Assembly: GCA_963695255.1 (NCBI GenBank)
Contig: OY968777.1
Span: forward strand, 109,409-173,408
Length of the DNA: 64,000 nt
Source of the DNA: an uncultured Bacteriovoracaceae bacterium
Lineage (GTDB): Bacteria > Bdellovibrionota > Bacteriovoracia > Bacteriovoracales > Bacteriovoracaceae
Direction: 5' to 3'
Shown piece after piece: positions 56,013 through 64,000 of this stretch; within the stretch, counting starts at the first letter, position 1, and each line of letters starts with the position of its first letter. A model generated the notes under the pieces. It was not told the origin of the DNA. It made no database searches and saw only the letters and a list, made by a program, of their open reading frames with translations. The position numbers were made by a program, and so were the translations under genes.

Positions 56013-57103
56013 AGATTCAAAGTTTCCAGAGTCGCAGCTATAATTCTATCCTGATCAGATTTTGATAAATAAGGATGCATGGGAAGGCTCACACATCGCC
56101 GAGAAATCTTTCTGGCGATTGGAGTCGCTTCGCCATCGACTTCTAAATAAGACAAAGCGGGTTGCTCTTGAAGCAAACTAGGATAATGAACCGAAGTGGG
56201 GATCGTTTTTTGACTCATTTGAGCAACAAAACCCTGCCGGTCTTCCACTTCAATTGTGAACTGAGCATAAACATTGCTGTGACCACTGGGATTTTTTTGG
56301 AAAGAAATTTTTCCTTCAAATGCTTTTTGATAAATGCTCGCAACTTCTTCTCTTTGTTTTATTTCTTGAGGAAAGATTGCCAGTTTTTCTAACAATATTG
56401 CGGCCTGGAGAGAATCCATGCGAGAGTTGAGTCCTAGGCGAGTGTGATGATAGCGACCCTCCTGTCCATGATTTCGCAATTGCCTCAGCTTGTTTGCCAA
56501 ATCATCATCGTTAGTAAAGCAGGCCCCGCCATCTCCATAACATCCCAAAGGTTTAGCGGGAAAAAAACTAGTCACACCAATGGCCCCAAAAGAGCAAGAA
56601 CGCCGCTTATTAACCGTCGCTCCAAAGCTCTGGGCACCATCTTCGACTAGGGCCAAGTTGTGCTTTTCTGCAATTCGCTCGATCTTACCCATATCGGGAC
56701 ACAGCCCATAGAGGCTGACGGGCATTATGGCCTTGGTTTTAGAGGTAATGGCCGCCTCGATGAGAGATTCCTCAATATTGTATGTTTCTGGGTTTATATC
56801 TACAAAAACTGGCGTTGCACCCATAAGGGCAGGCATCTCCGCTGTAGCAAAAAAACTGAAACTCGGCATGATGATCTCATCACCTGCTCCGATACCTAAG
56901 GCCAGCAAACTCAGAGTAATGGCGTCACTCCCATTACCGGTGGCGACGCAATTCGAAACACCGACAAACTCTGCCAGCCTATTTTCGACTTCCGTCACTT
57001 CGGGCCCTAAGATGTATTGACCATGTTCCAAGACAGACTGGATTCGGTGATTCACCTTATCTTGGATAATTTTGTACTGAGCTATTAAATCTATAAATTG
57101 CAT
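56009..57103 (-). CDS. DegT/DnrJ/EryC1/StrS-family sugar aminotransferase
   Basis: MQFIDLIAQYK..., GDEIIMPSFSFFATAE, and the PLP-lysine context FFPAKPLGCYGDGGA. Confidence 0.85.
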   Translation of the reverse strand: MQFIDLIAQYKIIQDKVNHRIQSVLEHGQYILGPEVTEVENRLAEFVGVSNCVATGNGSDAITLSLLALGIGAGDEIIMPSFSFFATAEMPALMGATPVFVDINPETYNIEESLIEAAITSKTKAIMPVSLYGLCPDMGKIERIAEKHNLALVEDGAQSFGATVNKRRSCSFGAIGVTSFFPAKPLGCYGDGGACFTNDDDLANKLRQLRNHGQEGRYHHTRLGLNSRMDSLQAAILLEKLAIFPQEIKQREEVASIYQKAFEGKISFQKNPSGHSNVYAQFTIEVEDRQGFVAQMSQKTIPTSVHYPSLLQEQPALSYLEVDGEATPIARKISRRCVSLPMHPYLSKSDQDRIIAATLETLNL

Positions 57104-57112
57104 TTTCTTAGT

Positions 57113-58717
57113 TTAAAAGAAAATCCCCGAAAAACAAATCCAGACCGCACCAACAGCTGCCACTAATCCAAATGACAGAGCGATATCTTTTTTGACAGCG
57201 GGGCTAAAATTAATTTTCTTAGTCCTGTCATAGGTCACTTTTGATAAATCTTTGGTGCTAGGAGCAGTCATAAGACTCACCACCACGAGAATGGTCGAGC
57301 AAATAATAAAGAGAAAGATAGCAAAATGAAGAAAGTTCAAATCAGCATACCAATGCAAAAAACCTGAAAGCTTCGCTTTGTTAATTTCTAAAGGAATTCG
57401 TCCCATACCAAGAACAAAGCCTGAAAGTAATGAGGCCATCGCGCCAGTTTGGTTGAGGCGTTTGAAAAAGAGACCAAGTAGAAATACCGCCGCAATTGGT
57501 GGAGAAATATAGGCCTGAACACTTTGTAAATAATTATAGAGGTCACTTGAGATATATTCCATAAACGGAATCCATGCAATTCCAATCAAAACCAAAATAG
57601 CAGTGGAAGATTGTCCAAAAATAATGAGCTCTTTTTCACTCGCTTTAGGTCGCCACTGCTTATAAAAATCGTAAGTCACTAGAGTCGAGCAAGAGTTAAA
57701 AACTGAAGAAAGAGAACTCATAAGTGCTGCTAATAAACCGGCCAACACTACGCCTTTCAGTCCTATAGGCATAACACCTGTGATGATCGCAGGAAGAGCG
57801 TGGTTGGGATCTTCTAAATCAAGGAGCCCTTTTGACGCCATCGCGGTAGCTAGTATGCCTGGCAAAACGAACAAAAAAAGCGGAAGAATCTTCAAAAAAC
57901 CTGCAAAGATTGAGCCTCTCCTGGCCTGAGTAATGTTTTTGGCCGAGAGAACTCGCTGCACTACATACTGATCAGTACACCAATACCAGACAGCTAGGAT
58001 TGGCGCCCCAAAGATAATTCCAGTCCAGGGAAAATCGGGATGATTGATAGACTTCCACATATTAAAAAAACCGTCGGGAACAGTTGCGACAACTTCGGTC
58101 ACACCGCCTAACTTGAAAATCGAAATTCCCGTGACCGCGAGCGAGCCAAACAACATAATAAACATCTGAATCATGTCAGTATAAATAACGGCCCTCAATC
58201 CACCAATGACGGTGTAAATTCCGGTGACCACCACCACCACCCCAGCACCCATCCAAAAGTCGACACCCACGGCCTCAAATATCTTTGCACCTGCAAAAAT
58301 AGTCACTGCAATTTTTGTGAGAACATAAGCGATAACTGAAATAACAGAGAGGTAGGTTCGAGCAGAGCGACCATAGCGGATGTCGAGAAACTCAGGCATC
58401 GTCGTCACACCGCTATTAATATAGAACGGCACAAAGACCCAGCCCAATAATAAGAGAATTAATGATGCAAGAATTTCAAAATGCCCAACTGCTAATCCAC
58501 CTCTGGCGCCAGCACTAGCAAGGCCAACAAGATGCTCCGAACCAATGTTTGAAGCAAAGAGCGAAGCACCAATTAAAAACCAGGGAAGATTCCGTCCGGC
58601 CAAGAAATAGTCTTCTGATTCACCTTTACGTCCCCCGCGGCTAACATACCAGGCCAGACCAAAAACGAACGCAAAGTAGGCAAAAATAATAGACTGATCG
58701 AGGGTTCCAAGATTCAT
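57113..58717 (-). CDS. Sodium:solute symporter family transporter (SGLT-like)
   Basis: 534 aa with about 13-14 TM segments. ASNIGSEHLVGLAS matches the SSF signature region. Confidence 0.85.
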   Translation of the reverse strand: MNLGTLDQSIIFAYFAFVFGLAWYVSRGGRKGESEDYFLAGRNLPWFLIGASLFASNIGSEHLVGLASAGARGGLAVGHFEILASLILLLLGWVFVPFYINSGVTTMPEFLDIRYGRSARTYLSVISVIAYVLTKIAVTIFAGAKIFEAVGVDFWMGAGVVVVVTGIYTVIGGLRAVIYTDMIQMFIMLFGSLAVTGISIFKLGGVTEVVATVPDGFFNMWKSINHPDFPWTGIIFGAPILAVWYWCTDQYVVQRVLSAKNITQARRGSIFAGFLKILPLFLFVLPGILATAMASKGLLDLEDPNHALPAIITGVMPIGLKGVVLAGLLAALMSSLSSVFNSCSTLVTYDFYKQWRPKASEKELIIFGQSSTAILVLIGIAWIPFMEYISSDLYNYLQSVQAYISPPIAAVFLLGLFFKRLNQTGAMASLLSGFVLGMGRIPLEINKAKLSGFLHWYADLNFLHFAIFLFIICSTILVVVSLMTAPSTKDLSKVTYDRTKKINFSPAVKKDIALSFGLVAAVGAVWICFSGIFF

Positions 58718-58724
58718 AGCTTTC

Positions 58725-58766
58725 TATCTCCACACGTCAACTTTCATGAGCGTTTTAGTGGAGATA
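58725..58766 (-). promoter_or_regulatory. Hairpin that pairs the symporter Shine-Dalgarno sequence
   Basis: Minus-strand UAUCUCCAC (58766-58758) is perfectly complementary to GUGGAGAUA (58733-58725). The second arm contains the GGAG located 10 nt upstream of the symporter ATG. Loop of 24 nt. Confidence 0.4.
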
Positions 58767-58799
58767 ACCTATGCGATGGGTCGGGTTTTGGGAAATAAT

Positions 58800-60158
58800 T
58801 TAAGCGGCAGGCACTAGTTTTTTGTACTTTTCGGTCCAGTACCCCCAATCTTTTTCGGGCCAATAGCTTTTCGCCTCCTCAAGGTAGTGAGGAAGCTTTT
58901 CCAAGTAATGAGACTTGAAGAGGGCCCCAATAATTGCGCGATGCACGTGAAAATTTTTAACACCACTTGCTATCAGATCTAGGCCTTTTTGAATGATCTG
59001 CTCCGATGGAAGTTTTGGGAGCTGCAATAAAAACTCTCCAACCTTGAAGTCATTTTGCTGTCTATCATCTGGTGAGTAACGAGAAAGGAAAAAGCCAATT
59101 TCCGACTCCATTTGATACTGATAAAGCGTTTCAATGATAGGCAAAATAAAGCCAACTTCTCCCGGACAAGAGACCACGATCTTTCGAAAAGCATTGATCG
59201 CATCCGCTGATTTTTCCTCGATAAGATAATGCTTACCGCAAACAAACAGTCCGGCCGCTATGTAGCGAGTCAGCTCTTCTGTTCTTTCTTCCGAATCAGT
59301 GAAAATTTCATAGTACTCGCTAATTTCTTCATAGCTTTTTGTGATGACGGCAAGGCGGATGACCGAGGCCAGTCGCTCTGGATTAGCTGGAAAATATCGT
59401 GCTAAATTTTTTACAATCGCATAAGCATCTTCGTAGCGCTCATCTTTCATCAAAAGATCAAAAAGACCGACCTGGCATTTATAATGAATATGGTTAAAGG
59501 AGAGTCCGTCTTTAAAGCACTCCATCGCTTTCGTTTTTTTATCCCGAAAATGTTCAACCTGACCTTTATAATAATAAGCAAGCGAGGGCCGCGCCTCTAG
59601 CTCCAAAGCTTGATCAAAAATTCGATCTGCTTTATCAGCATCACCCGCGAATAAGGCCTTTTTTCCTTCTTCGATTGTTTGGGTGTATTTGCTGGGATGC
59701 AATTTTAATATCGTCGCATTGATTAAATTTTCTTCCAGGCTTTGCAGAGTATATGGCTTCAAAATAAAAGCATCCACATCCTCTTCTGCCGCCCGCGCCA
59801 CTGCAGCTTGAGAGAGATTAGCGGTAATCAAGACCAAGACGTCTTTTTGTTCTTCATTGTCCTGATTGAGGAGATTTTTACTTTCTTTATCTGCTCGATA
59901 GCTTCGAAAAAGATCGAAGCCCGAACCGCCGCGGAGAAAATAGTCGCTAAGAATTAAGCGAGGACCCTTTTGCTCGATAATTTCTTCACCCTGATGAAAG
60001 CTACTGCACATCTGGATCAGACTCATTTTGGCACCGAGATCGACCAAGGTCTTCGCTAAACGTTTTCTTGAAGCAGAACTCTTATCGACGATAAGAATTG
60101 GGACATCTTTCACAAAATCTCTAAACAATTTTCTTTTTTCTTTTTGCGAGTATTTCAT
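58800..60158 (-). CDS. Response-regulator receiver domain protein with helical-repeat (TPR-like) C-terminal region
   Basis: Receiver blocks VPILIVDKSS...LILSDYFL...DAFILKPY. The long alpha-helical C-terminal part has TPR-like periodicity. The ATG at 60158 overlaps the upstream stop (ATGA), so I prefer it to the track start at 60233. Confidence 0.65.
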   Translation of the reverse strand: MKYSQKEKRKLFRDFVKDVPILIVDKSSASRKRLAKTLVDLGAKMSLIQMCSSFHQGEEIIEQKGPRLILSDYFLRGGSGFDLFRSYRADKESKNLLNQDNEEQKDVLVLITANLSQAAVARAAEEDVDAFILKPYTLQSLEENLINATILKLHPSKYTQTIEEGKKALFAGDADKADRIFDQALELEARPSLAYYYKGQVEHFRDKKTKAMECFKDGLSFNHIHYKCQVGLFDLLMKDERYEDAYAIVKNLARYFPANPERLASVIRLAVITKSYEEISEYYEIFTDSEERTEELTRYIAAGLFVCGKHYLIEEKSADAINAFRKIVVSCPGEVGFILPIIETLYQYQMESEIGFFLSRYSPDDRQQNDFKVGEFLLQLPKLPSEQIIQKGLDLIASGVKNFHVHRAIIGALFKSHYLEKLPHYLEEAKSYWPEKDWGYWTEKYKKLVPAA

Positions 60159-60922
60159 AGTCCACTCGCTTTTTTCAGAAAATCGTTGATTTGCTCGCGG
60201 TGATTCTGAATCCCCTCGAGAACTTCTCTCCAATTATCAAGATCAGAATGGTCAAACTTCAGATAGGTCAAAAACTGCCCAGATTCTTCTTCATCATCCT
60301 CTCTCTCATCTGGTTCGCACTCAACAATCTGTACAGTTCCCGTGCTCTCAAAGTCTTTCTCGAATGGTCCCTTGATTCCTGCGCAATAGCGCTCCCCGAC
60401 TCTTAGAGCTTTGCTGCACAGAAAAAAAATCCCATCTGTTTCCGCTTCAAAAAAATCACAGGGAATTAATTTTTCCCCACTTTTTATCTCTAGTCGAATC
60501 CCTTGTTGCTGAAAAGAATCAGTACCGACGATTTTCTTTAGAAGCCCTTGTTCTTGACCTATCTTGACAAGAAATTTTGCCAAAACCTCTAGTTGAATCG
60601 GCTTATGAAAAAGGCCATCGGCCCCCAGCCTTTTCATATCGGATTCGTCCAAAGCTTGATCGCCACTTAAAACAAAAACTTTTGGTGAGATACTACTCGC
60701 TGCTAAAATTTCCGGAAGGAAGGACTTGGCATTTGATCTCTTAAGATGAAAGTCACTTAAAATAATATGAATATCACGAGAGGCAATAATTCTCTTCGCC
60801 TCTTCGACAGTTTCGCATGCTAAAACCCTGGCGCCCATATCTTCAAAAAACAGTTCAATTATATTCTTAAAATCAGGATCGTCTTCTAAAACGAGAATCG
60901 TTCTACCGATAAAACTTGTCAT
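60155..60922 (-). CDS. Response regulator: receiver domain plus a C-terminal PilZ-like domain lacking canonical motifs
   Basis: TILVLEDDPDF...IHIILSDFHL...GLFHKP form the receiver. The C-terminal roughly 110 aa is beta-rich and ends in QINDFLKKASGL, similar to the C-terminus of the upstream 728-aa protein. I do not see RxxxR or DxSxxG. Confidence 0.6.
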   Translation of the reverse strand: MTSFIGRTILVLEDDPDFKNIIELFFEDMGARVLACETVEEAKRIIASRDIHIILSDFHLKRSNAKSFLPEILAASSISPKVFVLSGDQALDESDMKRLGADGLFHKPIQLEVLAKFLVKIGQEQGLLKKIVGTDSFQQQGIRLEIKSGEKLIPCDFFEAETDGIFFLCSKALRVGERYCAGIKGPFEKDFESTGTVQIVECEPDEREDDEEESGQFLTYLKFDHSDLDNWREVLEGIQNHREQINDFLKKASGL

Positions 60923-60926
60923 AAAA

Positions 60927-63113
60927 TTATCCCTTCGCTGCTTTAAAAAAATTATTAATGTTTGCCTGTTTTTCTTGATAGAGATTCATAATCTGGTCCA
61001 TTTGCTCAGTCTTTGAATCAATAAGGTCAATGCATAAGAGATCTAATTTTCCGTCAGGGGTGACTTCTATAACATTCCCATGACACAGATTTGAGAGCTT
61101 TTGATTATTATAGCTAAACTGGATACTTACGGAGACTTTTTCGTCTTCTGAAAAAAAATCGCTTTCGGTTTCCACGAATAATTGATTTTCATAAAAATCA
61201 TTAAATGCGCAAATGCATTTTAATTTTTTGATATCTTTGCTCCGATCTTTTTTTACTAAAAGAATCTGCATTGTCCCAGACTCAAGGGAGATATTGAGTT
61301 CCTCTTCGATAGAGGGAGTTTGAGTATCCGGTTTATTTGGGGCCCTCAGAGGGATAACTTTCCCTTCATTTTGTTCATCTAAACGCGGTTGTTCTAAGGA
61401 TTGGTTACGTTTGCGACTTTCACGCTCACCTTTTTCAAAAAACGAGCCAGCAGGATTACCAGCACTTTCATTTCCATGCTCCAGTTTTCCCCGGTATTTT
61501 GAAGGACCTAAGTTTTCACCATGGTCGCTTCCTCGATTATGATCCCCTTGATCTTCTCGACCATGCTCTAGCCTTCCCTTATATTTTGATGGGCCTAAAT
61601 CATCAGAGGAAATCTCCCCTCCGTATTGCCCGCCTCGGTTATCTTCTTGGGATTTTTCCCGTTTGGATTCATTATCTTCTTCTTGTTGGTGTTCCAACTT
61701 TCCCTTATATTTTGATGGACCTAGGTCATCAGAGGAAACCTCACCTCCGTATTGTCCACCTTGGTTTTCATCTTGAAATTTTTCACGTTTGGATTCGCTA
61801 TCCTCTTCCTGTTGATTTTCTAGCTTTCCCTTATAGTTGGCCGGACCTAGCTCATCAGGAGAAACCTCTCCCCCATAATGTCCGCCTTGATTCTCTTCTT
61901 GGAATTTCTCTCGCTTGGATTCGCTATCCTCATCATTTTTTTGATGTCCTAGCTTTCCCCTATAATGAGAAGAGTCGGGATTCAAGGGACCTTGTTCGCC
62001 AACCTTACCAGTTTGAGAAGTGCTTTGCGCCTCTTCATCAGAGTTCTTTCCCCTCATATTGGTATCGAATCTATCAGACTCATAATGAGACCGATTACCA
62101 CTCTCTGCTTCTGCGACTTCGTCGCCCTCAAATTGTTGATCGGCAGATTTCGACTCTTTTTCTTTCTTAAATTTTACGTGTTGCTCTAGCTGGTCTTGAA
62201 TTAGATCTCTTTTGGTTTCAGCAAAGTCCGAATTCTCTGCCACATGTAATTGGTCTTGGTCCCAAAATAGTCGAAAATGCCTTACATCACCCTCTTTAAA
62301 ATAAAGACCAGGTTTGCTTCCTGAAAAAACCCACTGCTTTTCTTTCCATTGGAACTCTGGCCTATTACCTTGGAAGTACCAACTGCCTTCCTCTTCACCC
62401 ATGAATTGTTCAAAAAATCCTTCCTTGGGCCACCACTTCCAAAGTTCTCCAGAAGAAGGTGCCTTTGTCTCAACTTCTACCCATTGCCCATTCATTGGGC
62501 CGGGCGCACTGAAGCGCACAAGATAGTTTCTTAGTATTTTTTTAGCATCCATTTTTTTTTCTAGTAGAAAGATGTCCGAAGAAATTTCGAGGGGACTACA
62601 AAACACGACATTTTCTTTTGTCCCGATTGATTTTGAAGGATCACGAGAGGCACCAGAAGACTGACCAACTGAAGTTTTTTCTGAAGGATCACCCGGGCCG
62701 TCTGAGCTTTCGTCGACTTTTAAAGTTCTTATCCAAAAATCGAACTTAAACTTCAAGGATTTAAAAGGAATATCTGGTTTTAGGATATCCTGGCACTGAA
62801 ACTTCATGAGTGCCTTTTGAACTTTTTCATTTGGAATGTGATTGAAACCCGCTACTTTTACAGATCCGTTTTTGATTTGCTTTTTATGTGTTTTTAGAAA
62901 ATTGAGTACTCCAACCAAATTTTCCTTATTGTGGATCTCAAAGATGACAATTCCGCCCCCATACATACTTAAAACTTGCTGGGCCTCGGCTGGCTGAGAG
63001 AGATGTTCGTATTGGATACTTTCGACAGTATCAAAGTGGGCCATAACTTGTTGAACAACCGGCGTTTTTTGATTCACCTTTAAAAAGATGATGTTAACTT
63101 CTTTACCGGCCAT
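60927..63113 (-). CDS. Hypothetical 728-aa protein with a central acidic/Gly-rich tandem-repeat region
   Basis: The long ORF starts after aagggg and ends 4 nt before the next gene. The centre holds five copies of LGPSKYKGKLE-(acidic)-SKREK-Q-(D/E)N-GG-YGGE-SSDD. The C-terminal domain ends NINNFFKAAKG. Confidence 0.6.
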   Translation of the reverse strand: MAGKEVNIIFLKVNQKTPVVQQVMAHFDTVESIQYEHLSQPAEAQQVLSMYGGGIVIFEIHNKENLVGVLNFLKTHKKQIKNGSVKVAGFNHIPNEKVQKALMKFQCQDILKPDIPFKSLKFKFDFWIRTLKVDESSDGPGDPSEKTSVGQSSGASRDPSKSIGTKENVVFCSPLEISSDIFLLEKKMDAKKILRNYLVRFSAPGPMNGQWVEVETKAPSSGELWKWWPKEGFFEQFMGEEEGSWYFQGNRPEFQWKEKQWVFSGSKPGLYFKEGDVRHFRLFWDQDQLHVAENSDFAETKRDLIQDQLEQHVKFKKEKESKSADQQFEGDEVAEAESGNRSHYESDRFDTNMRGKNSDEEAQSTSQTGKVGEQGPLNPDSSHYRGKLGHQKNDEDSESKREKFQEENQGGHYGGEVSPDELGPANYKGKLENQQEEDSESKREKFQDENQGGQYGGEVSSDDLGPSKYKGKLEHQQEEDNESKREKSQEDNRGGQYGGEISSDDLGPSKYKGRLEHGREDQGDHNRGSDHGENLGPSKYRGKLEHGNESAGNPAGSFFEKGERESRKRNQSLEQPRLDEQNEGKVIPLRAPNKPDTQTPSIEEELNISLESGTMQILLVKKDRSKDIKKLKCICAFNDFYENQLFVETESDFFSEDEKVSVSIQFSYNNQKLSNLCHGNVIEVTPDGKLDLLCIDLIDSKTEQMDQIMNLYQEKQANINNFFKAAKG
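61445..61990 (-). repeat. Imperfect in-frame tandem repeats (periods 129, 126, 126, 87 bp) inside the 728-aa ORF
   Basis: The plus-strand landmark ttccc(t/c)tat recurs at 61487, 61574, 61700, 61826 and 61955. All periods are multiples of 3. Confidence 0.85.
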
Positions 63114-63191
63114 AATTGATGTGCCCCTTCCCAGGTCTTCATCGGCAAAAAAGAGCGTTCAACTAAAATTGTAGAGTTTTCAAGGAAATTT

Positions 63192-64000
63192 TTAGAGACA
63201 TTGCCGGAAATAGGAAATTGTACGCTCTAGTCCATCTCTCAATTCAGTTTTTGGAACCCAATCAAGGTGCTCTTTAGCAGAACTGATATCAGGTCGGCGC
63301 TGAAGAGGATCATCGCTCGGAAGGGGGTGATGTGAACGCTCAATTTTTTTGTCTAAAAGCGACTCAATTTCTTCGGCCAACTCTAGAATTGTAAACTCAT
63401 GGGGATTGCCAATGTTAATTGGTCCTACCAATCCGAGATCCACTCGACTGTTCATCAGCAGTTTCAAAGCTGAAACAGTATCGTCGACAAAACAAAAACT
63501 TCGCGTCTGTGTTCCATCTCCGAAGATAGAAATTGGCGCGCCCGATAAGGCCTGCATAATGAAATTCGAGATGACCCTGCCGTCTTTAGGATTCATTAAT
63601 GGTCCATAAGTATTGAAAATCCGTGCGATTTTTACGTCAACTCCCCACTGCCGGAAGGCCTCGGAACAGAGGGTTTCACCAATCCGCTTTCCTTCATCAT
63701 AGCAGGCACGGATTCCCAGTGGATTGACGTTCCCCCTGTAGCTCTCCGGCTGAGGAGAAATTTTGGGATCACCATAGATTTCGCTCGTGGAAGCAAAAAG
63801 AACTCGCGCTTTTTCCTGCTTAGCAAATTGCAGCACGCTCTTAGTACCTAAATAGCAAGTATCGAGAGTGAAAAATGGGTCCTTTTGATACTTTGGAGGA
63901 GAGGCCGGACAGGCCAAGTGATAAATCTGGTCGATGTCATCGGGCAGTGAACTTTCGACTGCAGGATCTCGACCGATCGAGCTCACCTCCATTTCCTTAA
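63192..64000 (-). CDS. UDP-glucuronate decarboxylase / NAD-dependent sugar epimerase-dehydratase (UXS/ArnA-C-like); the 5' end lies outside the window
   Basis: DQIYHLACPASPPKYQKDP, ASTSEIYGDP and RACYDEGKR (YxxxK) are UXS-type blocks. The N-terminal Rossmann GxxGxxG part is missing, so the gene continues past 64000. Confidence 0.8.
   Translation of the reverse strand, partial: KEMEVSSIGRDPAVESSLPDDIDQIYHLACPASPPKYQKDPFFTLDTCYLGTKSVLQFAKQEKARVLFASTSEIYGDPKISPQPESYRGNVNPLGIRACYDEGKRIGETLCSEAFRQWGVDVKIARIFNTYGPLMNPKDGRVISNFIMQALSGAPISIFGDGTQTRSFCFVDDTVSALKLLMNSRVDLGLVGPINIGNPHEFTILELAEEIESLLDKKIERSHHPLPSDDPLQRRPDISSAKEHLDWVPKTELRDGLERTISYFRQCL

Noticed and set aside
61445-61990. Possible CRISPR-like periodic repeats
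   Set aside because: The periods of 87-129 bp are in frame and the repeats are degenerate. There are no unique spacers of constant size. This is a coding tandem repeat, not a CRISPR array.
61499-62170. 223-aa plus-strand ORF, with similar nested antisense ORFs at 22536-22982, 12372-12710, 50491-50901 and 2576-2929
   Set aside because: Each lies wholly inside a longer, motif-supported gene on the opposite strand. The 61.5-62.2 kb case is kept open simply by the repeat structure.

Overview
This 64-kb window comes from an AT-rich, flagellated Gram-negative bacterium. Spot GC counts are about 30% at 7.0 kb, 50% at 24.9 kb and 40% at 48.0 kb. I cannot assign a taxon from sequence alone.

Bases 1-35.8 kb are a large surface-glycan (O-antigen or capsule type) locus. 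It holds several GT1/GT2 glycosyltransferases, a WecA-family initiating transferase, two polytopic Wzy-like membrane proteins and an MsbA/PglK-type ABC exporter. It also carries pseudaminic-acid genes (pseC, pseI, pseG, a formyltransferase and a methyltransferase) and a second, divergent NeuB/SpsF-like module. A tightly coupled 10-gene operon at 20.5-28.6 kb encodes a Gfo/Idh/MocA oxidoreductase, a methyltransferase-like protein, a SIS isomerase, an HpcH aldolase, a HAD phosphatase, two SDRs, a KdsB-like cytidylyltransferase, a 2-hydroxyacid dehydrogenase and a GT2. I cannot map this operon to a known pathway.

Four genes in this locus (pseI, pseG, the aldolase, the cytidylyltransferase) are each broken by a single missing base at a short G/C run.

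The locus ends in a 5'-truncated CDP-glucose 4,6-dehydratase remnant. That remnant abuts a degenerate 74-nt copy of the initiator tRNA-fMet gene, which lies intact 1.65 kb further on. The two copies bracket a small islet of orphan genes.

The right half is mostly housekeeping:
- rluB, scpB and scpA, an M50 protease, and two secreted paralogs
- fliC with a clear terminator
- an IS1/IS1595-like transposase with 13-bp inverted repeats
- a compact trmB-dnaG-rpoD-SNF2/SWIM-aroB operon
- LPS-type genes: a GT9 glycosyltransferase, a DegT aminotransferase and a partial UDP-glucuronate decarboxylase
- an SGLT-type symporter whose Shine-Dalgarno sequence sits in a perfect 9-bp hairpin
- a three-gene response-regulator operon whose first protein contains 87-129-bp coding tandem repeats

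No CRISPR array, rRNA or recognisable defence system was seen.
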